From IMG/VR virus record IMGVR_UViG_2850711898_000002: a DNA stretch of 64,000 bases; one strand, written 5' to 3'. A program made the translations under genes and the position numbers. The notes below the pieces were generated by a model that did not search any database, had not been told where the DNA came from, and saw nothing but the letters and a program-made list of their open reading frames with translations. Positions 1-9,300 of this stretch are shown piece by piece (position 1 is the stretch's first letter; every line of letters begins with the position of its first letter). Source of the stretch: an uncultured virus (IMG/VR IMGVR_UViG_2850711898_000002) (taxonomy: Duplodnaviria > Heunggongvirae > Uroviricota > Caudoviricetes).

Positions 1-1463
1 AACTAGCCGAACCACTTGTGGCGATGGCGTCTATTAAATCAAGAAAATTAGAGGACTTTGAAAATATGCCAAAAGCAATGAAAGACATGTTGTTTAAGCC
101 ACAAGGCAACGCTGGCGCATCCGCACCACAAGCAACACCAACTCCTGCACAACCAGCACCAACTGAACCGGTAAATCAAGCGCCGACAGCTCCGGTAGAT
201 AACACCGCACAAGTGCAGGCTGAATTAAATAAACGTAACGCCGACATTAAAGCGGTATTTGCACCGTTTGGTACTACGCACAATGATTTGTTAGTGGAGT
301 GTTTAGGTGATTTATCAATTACCGCAGATCAAGCCAAAGACAAATTATTAGCAAAACTTGGTGCAGGCACAACCCCAAGTGCAGCAGTAACGCCTTATGC
401 CGATAACGGTAACATTGTTGGTGATAGCGTGAAACAATCCTTATTGGCTCGTGCAGGTATCGACAAAGACAAAGTAAATGCTAAAGACAACGCCTACAAT
501 GCGATGACATTGCGTGAGCTTGCTCGTGCATCATTGGTTGATCGAGGTATTAGTGTATCGGGTCAAAATGCAATGAGCATGGTTGGTTTGGCATTTACTC
601 ACTCAAGCTCTGACTTTGGTCAGATCTTAATTGATGTAGCGCACAAATCCTTGCTTAAAGGTTGGGAAACCGCAGCGGAAAACTTTGATCAGTTTACATC
701 TCGTGGCACATTAACCGACTTCCGCGCGGCGAAACGTGTTGGATTAGGTGACTTTGGTTACTTACCGCAAGTTGGTGAGGGTGAGGAGTACACCTACGGC
801 ACAATCGGCGATGAGGGCGCTAGCGTTGCATTAGCGACTTACGGGCAATTATTTAGTATTACCCGTCAAGCAATCATCAATGACGATATGCACTTGTTGA
901 CAAAAATTCCTGAAAAAATGGGACAAGCGGCACGTGCAACCATCGCTAAATTAGTGTTTGCGTTATTAACTGGTAACGCGATTGCACAAGATGGCAAAAA
1001 ATTATTTGATGGCTCGCACAAAAACTCATTTGATAATGCTGCATTAGATGTGGCCAATATTGATAAAGCAATTCAAATGATGAATGGCTTTGTCAATACT
1101 CGTGGTGAACCATTAGCGATTGAGCCTGATTTTATGTTGTTACCAACCTCACTTTATACTCGTGCTAAACAAGTTCTAGGTTCAGCAAGTGTGGAGGGGG
1201 CTGATATCAATTCTGGCATTATCAATCCAATCCGCGACATTGTGCCGACAGTTAAATCCGCACGTTTACAAGTCGCCAATCCAAAATCTTGGTACTTAAT
1301 CAACAAAGAGGCTATTGAAGTTTCTTACCTTGACGGCATTGATACGCCATACATGGAGCAACAACAAGGCTTCACTGTTGATGGTGTATCTACTAAGGTG
1401 CGCATTGATGCAGGTGTTAACGTGATTGATTACCGAGGCGTTGTAAAAGTTACCAATAAGTAA
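1..1463 (+). CDS. ClpP-like prohead protease/major capsid fusion, 5'-partial
   Basis: Frame is open to the window start; Pro/Ala linker followed by capsid domain (HSSSDF, EGEEYTYGT, ITRQAIINDD, VRIDAGV). Confidence 0.85.
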   Translation, partial: LAEPLVAMASIKSRKLEDFENMPKAMKDMLFKPQGNAGASAPQATPTPAQPAPTEPVNQAPTAPVDNTAQVQAELNKRNADIKAVFAPFGTTHNDLLVECLGDLSITADQAKDKLLAKLGAGTTPSAAVTPYADNGNIVGDSVKQSLLARAGIDKDKVNAKDNAYNAMTLRELARASLVDRGISVSGQNAMSMVGLAFTHSSSDFGQILIDVAHKSLLKGWETAAENFDQFTSRGTLTDFRAAKRVGLGDFGYLPQVGEGEEYTYGTIGDEGASVALATYGQLFSITRQAIINDDMHLLTKIPEKMGQAARATIAKLVFALLTGNAIAQDGKKLFDGSHKNSFDNAALDVANIDKAIQMMNGFVNTRGEPLAIEPDFMLLPTSLYTRAKQVLGSASVEGADINSGIINPIRDIVPTVKSARLQVANPKSWYLINKEAIEVSYLDGIDTPYMEQQQGFTVDGVSTKVRIDAGVNVIDYRGVVKVTNK

Positions 1464-1484
1464 CTTAACATCCCATAAATAACG

Positions 1485-1515
1485 ACCGCACTTTTAATCG
1501 AAGTGCGGTTTTTTA
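1485..1515 (+). terminator. Intrinsic terminator formed by an inverted USS pair
   Basis: ACCGCACTT (1485-1493) and AAGTGCGGT (1501-1509) followed by a T run. Confidence 0.75.
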
Positions 1516-1541
1516 TTATCACAATTAAAGGATCATTAAAT

Positions 1542-1865
1542 ATGTCTAAAAATTACTTACAAGACGGAAACACCGTGCGTTTCACTTCTACTGCGGCAGT
1601 AAAAAGTGGCGATGTGGTGATGTTAGAAAATCTTGCTGTAATCGCAGTATCTCACGTTGCACAAAATGAAACAGGCGTTGGCTTAACCACTGGTGTTTTC
1701 ACGGTGAAAGCAAAAGCGGAAGATGACATTAAACAAGGTGCAATTGTTTACTGGTCAGCAACCGATGGTGCAACCATTACCGCAGGTAGTAACAAGCGTT
1801 TAGGTATTGCTTGGCATGCTAGTGGCGTATCGATGGGCACTGTAGATGTCAAGATCAACACTTAG
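1542..1865 (+). CDS. DUF2190-like capsid cement/decoration protein
   Basis: MSKNYLQDG start with AAGGA RBS; follows capsid gene. Confidence 0.75.
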   Translation: MSKNYLQDGNTVRFTSTAAVKSGDVVMLENLAVIAVSHVAQNETGVGLTTGVFTVKAKAEDDIKQGAIVYWSATDGATITAGSNKRLGIAWHASGVSMGTVDVKINT

Positions 1866-2157
1866 TCCGTTTGATGACGCACTCGCACAGGCGGACAAAG
1901 TCATATCAGATGTGATGATGTCCGTCTATGTTATCAACGGCAAAAAATACAAAGCTGTGCTTGATGAAAGCCCAAAACTAATGAGTGGCAATTACACCGA
2001 TGATTACTTAATTAATGGCACGACGCGTACTCTCACTCTTTTTAAAGCATCAGGATATAAGCCAAAACTTGGAGATATCATTATTTCTTCAACAGAGGAA
2101 TATGTTGTGCGAGGGTTTAGTTTTGAAGATGGGAAGATCGTGCTGCAATTGGAGTAA
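1846..2157 (+). CDS. Head-tail joining protein
   Basis: Position and size; SPFDDALAQAD N-terminus. Confidence 0.6.
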   Translation: MSRSTLSPFDDALAQADKVISDVMMSVYVINGKKYKAVLDESPKLMSGNYTDDYLINGTTRTLTLFKASGYKPKLGDIIISSTEEYVVRGFSFEDGKIVLQLE

Positions 2158-2159
2158 AT

Positions 2160-2690
2160 ATGGCGGTGAAAATTGAAGGGATGGCAGCATTACAAGCTAA
2201 TATCCAAAAACTGGCTAATCAAGTCGCGCCTAAAGCGGCAGCAAAAGCGATTAATAAGGTGGCGAGAAGTGCAATCAAAAATGGAACAAAAAATGTATCC
2301 AAAGAGATTCATGTGCCAGCTAAATTAATCCGTAAGCGAACTCGATTATCCCAAAAAGCAACAGCGAATCGACCAGTTGCAAAAATACGAGTTGATAGAA
2401 GAAATTTACCGTTAATTCGATTATTGGAAAACCCTAGACGAACCATGCGAGCGAGTAAAGGGCAAATTAGAATAGGCAAATATCAAATACAACGCGGTTT
2501 TATTCAAACTCTAGCAAATGGTCGTAAACACGTTATGCAGCGACAAGGTAAAGAGCGGTATTCAATTGATGTTGTTAAGATTCCGTTATCTAGACCATTA
2601 ACAACGGCTTTCCATAATGAGTTAAAAGATTATTCAAGTCAGATCAAAGTCGAACTGACAAGAGAGTTGAGTGACATTTTAAAAAAATAG
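2160..2690 (+). CDS. Minor tail protein Z-like
   Basis: Basic protein with AINKVA and RYSIDVVKIPL motifs. Confidence 0.8.
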   Translation: MAVKIEGMAALQANIQKLANQVAPKAAAKAINKVARSAIKNGTKNVSKEIHVPAKLIRKRTRLSQKATANRPVAKIRVDRRNLPLIRLLENPRRTMRASKGQIRIGKYQIQRGFIQTLANGRKHVMQRQGKERYSIDVVKIPLSRPLTTAFHNELKDYSSQIKVELTRELSDILKK

Positions 2691-2698
2691 AGGATTAA

Positions 2699-3109
2699 AT
2701 GCTAATTCATAAGAAGATTCGGCATCAAGTGTCGGATATGCTCAAAAGCAGTATAAAGGGTGTTGAGAATATTTATTCTGGGCGCCCTTTATTTATTGAT
2801 ATTGACCAAGAAAAAACAGCTATTGCAGTTTTTCTTGATGAGATTTCGTGCGAAGAGGTAGATCTCTGTCATCACGAATATACCGCAGCATTAAATATCG
2901 CAATTTATCTGAAAACAGCTTTAGGCGACGACGCATTAGATGATATTGCAGACAAAATCAAAGAGCGATTAAGCGTAGCTATATCTAATGATGAATTATC
3001 GGAAAACATTTCCGAAATGGCTCTTATTAGCTACGAATACGAGCAAGATACGACGAATCGCACTTGGTTCGTTTCTAACCTTAAATATCAAATTAAGTAT
3101 GAGGACTAG
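2699..3109 (+). CDS. Tail terminator, minor tail protein U-like
   Basis: HKKIR..GRP..AVFLDE pattern; synteny. Confidence 0.75.
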   Translation: MLIHKKIRHQVSDMLKSSIKGVENIYSGRPLFIDIDQEKTAIAVFLDEISCEEVDLCHHEYTAALNIAIYLKTALGDDALDDIADKIKERLSVAISNDELSENISEMALISYEYEQDTTNRTWFVSNLKYQIKYED

Positions 3110-3111
3110 AT

Positions 3112-3762
3112 ATGCCTACACAAACTACACCTTTTCAAGGCACTAAATTTTATTTAGGCACTGGTCTAACCGAAGGCAAAGCAGTCACAGCCGTAACGGT
3201 TAAGCCTAATGCAACCATTACATCAGCAGGGCATGGTGCCAAAGTAGGGGATTTTATTAAGCTAACTGGTCTAGGTGCGCTTGATGGATATTATCCTGTA
3301 AAAGCCGTTACCAACGACTTAATTACACTTGCAGATGAAGTAGATTGGACAAGCCAAGATGCGCCAGCCAGTTACGCAGCAGTTAAAGTTTCTACCGTGA
3401 AATGGTCATCTAATTTCTGTGCGATTAAACAGATTGAGGGTGATGGCGACACATTAGGTGAAGAAGATATTACAACCATGTGTTCTGAAGGTACAGAAAC
3501 AGAAGCAGGTGAGATTGAGTATGGCTCAATTAAATTAACCTTCTTCTATGCACCAGCTACCGCAATGCAAGCTGACTTGCGCAAGAAGTTTTATGCGAAA
3601 GAAACCTTCCCTTGGATGATGATATTGAAAAATGCTCAAGGTTCTCTTTACGGCACAGGATTTATCCAAACCTCACCAAATTTCAGTGGTGAAGTAAAAG
3701 GTAAATTTGAATCTGGTGTAACGATTAAAAAAGCAAAACGCGATTATCACTTACCAGCATAG
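3112..3762 (+). CDS. Tail tube protein
   Basis: Position before chaperones; EEDITTMCS motif. Confidence 0.75.
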   Translation: MPTQTTPFQGTKFYLGTGLTEGKAVTAVTVKPNATITSAGHGAKVGDFIKLTGLGALDGYYPVKAVTNDLITLADEVDWTSQDAPASYAAVKVSTVKWSSNFCAIKQIEGDGDTLGEEDITTMCSEGTETEAGEIEYGSIKLTFFYAPATAMQADLRKKFYAKETFPWMMILKNAQGSLYGTGFIQTSPNFSGEVKGKFESGVTIKKAKRDYHLPA

Positions 3763-3804
3763 CCGCAAAGTGCGGTGAATTTTGACTGCACTTTATAAAA
3801 ACTA

Positions 3805-3838
3805 AAACCCCGAAAGCAGCGAACTCTCGGGGTTTTTC
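3805..3838 (+). terminator. Hairpin AAAACCCCGA...TCGGGGTTTTT
   Basis: GC stem flanked by A and T runs after the tube gene. Confidence 0.6.
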
Positions 3839-3920
3839 ATTCCAATTAAACCATACTTAAAAGGAATAAACTTCATTGGAAATTATAACTAACTTTCTTC
3901 CTTTATTCAAGGAGCAAGCT

Positions 3921-4037
3921 ATGCAATATGGGTTATGGGAAACGACCTTAGCTTATTTAGTGTTAGGCGTATGTTTCATCATCGCTTGGCGACTCCCAAA
4001 TATTATTAATTCAATTAAAAACAAAGGTGATAAATAA
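3921..4037 (+). CDS. 38-aa hydrophobic peptide (MQYGLWETTLAYLVLGVCFIIAWRLPNIINSIKNKGDK)
   Basis: AAGGAG RBS; TAATG overlap with next gene; not in the ORF track. Confidence 0.55.
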   Translation: MQYGLWETTLAYLVLGVCFIIAWRLPNIINSIKNKGDK

Positions 4038-4444
4038 TGAATCTACGTGAAAAACTTTTAGCCAATAAGCCTAAAATTACCCCAATCATTATTAATGGCG
4101 AGAATTATTATATCCGTGAAATTACTGTTGGTGAAATGAATCGTGTGCTTTATGGGCAACAACAAGAATTGGTGCACATTGCAGAGAGTCAAGGTATTGA
4201 ATTGAACTTCAATGATGAAAAACACCTTACTGAGCAACTTGCTAAAATTTATGACCCGAATCGATTAACGCGTACGCTTGCTATGCGGTTGTGCGATCAA
4301 GATGGTAAAAATCTTTTTGATATGGATAATCCTGATGATTTAACCGCACTTTCCAAATTAGATAAGGTTGTATTTGAGCAATTAACGCAAGCTATTGTGG
4401 AAGATGAACCAAAAAACTCTCAAGCCGAAGAAAGTTCCAAATAA
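4037..4444 (+). CDS. Tail assembly chaperone G
   Basis: Position; slippery A AAA AAC at 4411-4417. Confidence 0.8.
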   Translation: MNLREKLLANKPKITPIIINGENYYIREITVGEMNRVLYGQQQELVHIAESQGIELNFNDEKHLTEQLAKIYDPNRLTRTLAMRLCDQDGKNLFDMDNPDDLTALSKLDKVVFEQLTQAIVEDEPKNSQAEESSK

Positions 4445-4713
4445 ACCTCTCACTTTCTCTCGGCAAAACACTTGAAGAAATTGAGCAAATGCCAGAGCGT
4501 CATCTCCAAGAATACGAAATTTTTTATCAGGAACAGCCTTTTGGATTATGGCGAGAGGATTATCGTACTGCACAAGTTTCACATTTGCTTGCTATGATAA
4601 ATCGAGACCCTAAGTCTAAGCCTCCAGAGTTATCTGATTTTATGCCGTTTTACCAAGAAAAAATGGATGATGAAGATGATGACGGAGTGGCTGATTATTT
4701 AGCAAATCGTTAA
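4417..4713 (+). CDS. Tail assembly chaperone GT extension (-1 frame)
   Basis: Open -1 frame from the slippery site: LSLSLGKTLEEIEQMPE...DFMPFY. Confidence 0.75.
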   Translation, partial: LSSRRKFQINLSLSLGKTLEEIEQMPERHLQEYEIFYQEQPFGLWREDYRTAQVSHLLAMINRDPKSKPPELSDFMPFYQEKMDDEDDDGVADYLANR

Positions 4714-4721
4714 ATTATCTA

Positions 4722-4758
4722 TTGCTTCTGAATCTTATATAGATTAAAATCTATATAA
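4722..4758 (+). promoter_or_regulatory. TA promoter (TTGCTT-17-TAAAAT) with overlapping 11-bp inverted-repeat operator
   Basis: TTATATAGATT-AA-AATCTATATAA at 4735-4758. Confidence 0.7.
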
Positions 4759-4781
4759 ATAATAAGAAAGGTAATAGCTGT

Positions 4782-5165
4782 ATGAAACAAGAATGGGAAG
4801 TAATTTTACAAGACCCACTTTTGAACTGGTTAGAAACGCTGGCAGAAGATGACGTATTAAAAATCTATGCGGCGTTGGAATTATTATCAACAGAAGGTCC
4901 ACAATTAAGCAGACCTTATGCGGATACGCTGCAAGGCTCTAAATATACCAATTTAAAAGAATTGCGAGTACAGTCTAAATTATCGGTATTCCGTTTATTT
5001 TATATTTTCGACCCTGTCAGACAAGCGATTGTTTTATGTGGCGGAGATAAAAAAGGCAAGAAAGAAAAACTCTTTTACAAAGAGATGATTGCCCTAGCGG
5101 AACAAACCTATGATGATTACCTTTCTGAATTAACTAAGGAGCAAGAAAATGAGCGTGAAATTTAA
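4782..5165 (+). CDS. RelE/HigB-family (Gp49-like) toxin
   Basis: GPQLSRPYADTL, LKELRV, FDPVRQAIVLCGGDK. Confidence 0.88.
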   Translation: MKQEWEVILQDPLLNWLETLAEDDVLKIYAALELLSTEGPQLSRPYADTLQGSKYTNLKELRVQSKLSVFRLFYIFDPVRQAIVLCGGDKKGKKEKLFYKEMIALAEQTYDDYLSELTKEQENEREI

Positions 5166-5451
5166 AGATCTGATGAATAATCTTCCAGCTGAAAAGCAAG
5201 CGAAAGTGAAAGCTATGGCAGACGATATGCGAATGGAGTTACAACTTTACCGTATTCGTGAAGAATTAGAGCTTTCACAAAAGCAAATGGCAGAAGCATT
5301 AAGTATTTCTCAGCCGTCAGTTGTCGCCCTTGAAAAACGTGGCAATGACATTAAATTATCATCAGTTAAACGTTACATTGAAGCAATGGGTGGTGTGTTA
5401 AATTTATCGGTTGAATTACCCACAGGAAAAACAGTTACTTTCAACTTATAG
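5149..5451 (+). CDS. XRE/HTH antitoxin (HigA-like)
   Basis: LSQKQMAEALSISQPSVVALEK HTH; overlaps toxin gene. Confidence 0.85.
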   Translation: MSVKFKDLMNNLPAEKQAKVKAMADDMRMELQLYRIREELELSQKQMAEALSISQPSVVALEKRGNDIKLSSVKRYIEAMGGVLNLSVELPTGKTVTFNL

Positions 5452-5463
5452 AAGGTGGTAAGT

Positions 5464-5703
5464 ATGTTGCGTGATTTTATTCAATTTACAGCAAAATGCT
5501 TTTTTATACTGCTTATTGCATTAGGGACATTATTCCTTTTATTTGCTGTTGATTTTATTTATATTCTCGCTTTTATTGGTGTATATGTTGCTATTTTCGC
5601 AACTTGTCTTGTTGTAGCTATTATTAAAGAAAATAACCGTATTAAGAAACTAAGGATAGTTGAACAAGATAAGAATCGTGTGAAATATGTTATTATTAAT
5701 TAA
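5464..5703 (+). CDS. Small two-TM membrane moron protein
   Basis: Long hydrophobic stretch; followed by a terminator. Confidence 0.6.
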   Translation: MLRDFIQFTAKCFFILLIALGTLFLLFAVDFIYILAFIGVYVAIFATCLVVAIIKENNRIKKLRIVEQDKNRVKYVIIN

Positions 5704-5717
5704 ATTATAAGTTTCTA

Positions 5718-5743
5718 AAAGCTCGCTTCGGCGGGCTTTTTTT
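5718..5743 (+). terminator. Intrinsic terminator
   Basis: AAGCTCGC-TTCG-GCGGGCTT followed by a T run. Confidence 0.8.
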
Positions 5744-5754
5744 ATGAGGTGAAT

Positions 5755-5830
5755 ATGTCAAGTTTAGGTTCGTTAAATATTCTTTTGAGTTTGGACTCAA
5801 TTCAGTTTAATCAGGCGCTTGATAAATCGA
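5755..5830 (+). pseudogene. Relic N-terminus of a displaced tape measure gene
   Basis: GAGG RBS, then MSSLGSLNILLSLDSIQFNQALDKS, resembling the TMP start MSGLLGQLNIQLTLDQARFQQNLEKA. Confidence 0.7.
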
Positions 5831-5941
5831 TCTACGAAAGCAAAACCGCCACAGTTATCAAATTTTATGCCATTTTATCAAGAAAATATGGTAGAAAATG
5901 ACGATGACGACGGTGCATCGGAATATTTGGCGAATCGATGA
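5820..5941 (+). pseudogene. Second, divergent copy of the GT chaperone C-terminus
   Basis: INRSTKAKPPQLSNFMPFYQENMVENDDDDGASEYLANR* versus INRDPKSKPPELSDFMPFYQEKMDDEDDDGVADYLANR*. Confidence 0.8.
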
Positions 5942-5949
5942 TATTTCTA

Positions 5950-5978
5950 TTGAAATCTATATGGGTATATCGTACGAT
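5950..5978 (+). promoter_or_regulatory. Moron promoter TTGAAA-17-TACGAT
   Basis: Near-consensus sigma70 boxes upstream of 6005. Confidence 0.55.
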
Positions 5979-6004
5979 GATAAAAAAATAACCAAGGAGA
6001 GAAT

Positions 6005-6253
6005 ATGAAATGGCTTATTGATAGTTTTTTTGATTTTTTGTTTGATTCTATGGGTATTATTTTTGTTATTGCTTTAATTATTGGTTTTGCTGGTTTTTGT
6101 GGTTATTTGAATACCCCTTCTTTCCCTTGGGGAGCAGTATTCGCTTTTGCAGTATCGTTGATTCCTTTGATTTACTGCATTCGAATTGTTTTAGATAAAA
6201 AACTGACGCGGGAAGATAAATGGAATAAACTTTTTGGCATTCAGTCCAAATAA
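6005..6253 (+). CDS. Small two-TM membrane moron protein
   Basis: AAGGAG RBS; hydrophobic; own promoter and terminator. Confidence 0.65.
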   Translation: MKWLIDSFFDFLFDSMGIIFVIALIIGFAGFCGYLNTPSFPWGAVFAFAVSLIPLIYCIRIVLDKKLTREDKWNKLFGIQSK

Positions 6254-6288
6254 TAAAGTTCTGTTTGATGATTAAGTTACATTTTTGA

Positions 6289-6314
6289 AAAGGCTCACTT
6301 CGGTGGGCCTTTTT
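6289..6314 (+). terminator. Intrinsic terminator
   Basis: AAGGCTCAC-TTCG-GTGGGCCTT followed by a T run. Confidence 0.8.
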
Positions 6315-6331
6315 ATTTTAAAGGATAAAGT

Positions 6332-9300
6332 ATGTCTGGTTTATTAGGTCAATTAAATATTCAGTTAACGTTAGATCAGGCGCGCTTTCAACAAAATTTA
6401 GAAAAAGCGCAAAATAGAGCGAAACAATTTTCAGTTCGCTCATCTCAGTATCTCAATAATATTGAGAAAGCGGCACAAAATTTAAATAATTTCACTCGAG
6501 GTACTTTTTGGGCTGGTTTTGCTGGTGGAAGAATTGCTCAACTAAAAAATTATGCCGATGGCTACACTGAAATTCAAAATAAACTTCGTTTAGTTGAAAG
6601 CGCATCAATTAACAGTGTGCGCGGTTTAGAATCTGTTTTTGATATTTCACTTAAAACAAACCAAAGTATCCAAGCGACATCAGGTGTATATCAACGCTTT
6701 GCTCAAAATGCAGAAGCCTTAAAAATTAGCCAAGCACAGGTCGCAAGTTTGACAGAAACTGTATCAAAAGCTGTTGCAATTTCTGGTGCAAGCGCAAAAT
6801 CTGCACAAGCGGCACTAATGCAATTTGGACAGGCTCTCGGTAGTGGCGTTTTTCGTGGTGATGAATTTAATTCTGTTATGGAGCAAACACCAGGATTGGC
6901 AAAGGCGATAGCAGACGGCTTAGGAGTCACAACTAGCGAACTTCGCAATATGGCGAAAGAAGGGAAATTGACTACAGATGTACTTATTCCAGCATTAGAG
7001 AGAGCAAAAAGTAGCGTTGATAGTCAATTTGGCTCACGCATTTTAACAATTTCTGCTGCACTAGAAAATTTAAGTACGGCAACAGTTAAATGGGTGGGTG
7101 AAACAGACAATGCGATAGGTGTCAGCCGAACTGCAGCCGAAATCATTAATGGATTTAGTCATCATTTAACCGTGGCAGCGACCGTAATGGGTACATTCGG
7201 CGCGGCGGTCGGTGCAACAAAGCTTAACAGATTTATTGCCGAAAGTCGTAAACAAGCGCTTGTCGCATCAGAAGTGGCGCAAGCTGAAGTAAAACGAACA
7301 GCAGCATTGCGTGCAGAAGCTCAAGCGGAAATGAGCGTGATCCAACTTAAAATCACACATGCACGAACAGAAGCGGAATTACTTGCGGCTAAAACATTGG
7401 CAGAAGCACAGGCAAAAAAATTAACCATTGCGATTAATGCGGAAGCAGCCGCGAATAAAAACCTTGCCATTGCAAAACGCAATACCAGTACAGCAGGGCG
7501 CTTATTAGGTAGTGCATTAGGATTAGTTGGTGGCCCGATTGGTGCGTTGGCGGTTGGGCTTTCTTTGGGAGCTGGCTATTTGTTAGAGTGGCGACAAGAA
7601 GCAGAAAGAGCCAAAGAAACGGCACTAGCTTACTCAGATAATCTTGAGCAAGTGGCGCACTCTTTAGAGAAAATGAACAGTGTGCAGCTTCGTGCAGAGC
7701 AAGCCAAACTTGAAGAAAACATTATCGCCAGAAAACAACAAATTGAAGAACTAAAAAAACGTTATGACAATTTAACGGCAGCCATAAAAACCTATCAAGT
7801 GCAAAGTGAAAACAACGAAGGTTTCTCATTAGTAAATTACGCTGAGAAAATTGCTTCTGCAATGCGAGAACAAGCCAAAATCACCGCAGATTTGGAAGAA
7901 AAACAACGCCTACTCAATGATGCAATGGGGGTGAGTGAAACTATTTCATCACAGTTGGCAACAACAACTGAAAATGAAACTAATGCGGTTTTAAGCAATC
8001 TTGGGTTTGAGTTATTGCGCACCGATAAAAACGTACAAACATTTAATTCATCAATGCTCATTGTGGCGAATAATGCCACTAATGTTCAGCCACCATTAGC
8101 GGGAATGATGAGTAAGTTGTTAAATGTAGGCGATGCAGCAAGAGAGGGCGCAGATGGGTTATTGATTTTTAATCAAGCCTATCGTGACGCATTATCTGGA
8201 AAATCTCCGCAAGCCTTAAATATTGATGATAAAACCCAAGCTTTTATAGACCGCACAAAATTGCAGAATGAAATTAATAATGCTAAATCCAAAAAAGATT
8301 GGGTTGCATTAAATATTCGTCGAGATTTGGGTAGTGCAGGGATTACCGTCAAAAATGATGGTTATATGGCGGCTTACAATGCTTTGGATGAAAAATATTC
8401 AAAGCAGTGGGACGATAAACAAAACAGAACACAAAGAAAATCTGCCAAATCAGGTGAAAATGCTCGTGATAGTTGGCTTAATTTCTACGATGAAATTCGC
8501 AAGAAAAACAGCTCTAGTCTAGGCGAAATTGAGTTAGAGCAAGCGCGAATGTTCCAACGGTTGGAAGAACACAATAAAAAAGGTGTGGTGTCGTATCAAG
8601 AATATGAAACCGCAAAAACGGCTATTGCTGAACGCTTTGCTCGCCAACGTTTAGAGCTTGCTGGCAAATATGCGCCAGAAAAATTGTTGAAAGCTAATCG
8701 TGATGATGAACTAAAATCTATTCAGGAATTATACGAGAAAGGACAGATCAACCAAAGTGAAGCGGCGAAAGCCTCGAATCGAGTGCAGTTTGACTATGCG
8801 CAACAGATGTCACAAAGTGCGGTCGATCCATTGGCACAATTTCGCGCTCAGTTCGATCCGAATCAAGAATTGCAAAATCGTCAAGCGCAAGAATTGGCAC
8901 AACTGCAAGCTTTCAATGAGACAAAACTACTTACTGAAGAAGAATATCAGACCCGTCGCCAGCAGATTATCGACAAATTTAAAAATGAACAATACCAACA
9001 AGAAATGGGCAAATATGCACAAGGTTTGGGGGAATTGGGCGGTGCCTTTGGTGATCTTGCCTCAATGGTGGAGCAATCGGCAGGGAAACAATCAGCAGCC
9101 TATAAGGCAATGTTTGCAGTTTCAAAAGCCTTTGCCATTGCAGAAGCAACGGTGAAATTATCACAAGCTGTTAGCCAAGCACTAGCCGATCCAACCGCAT
9201 TTACCCCTGCTCAAAAATTTGCAAATATGGCAGCGGTTGCGGCGGCTGGTGCTAATGTTATTTCTCAGATTACCAGTGTTGGTTTTGCGACTGGTGGTTA

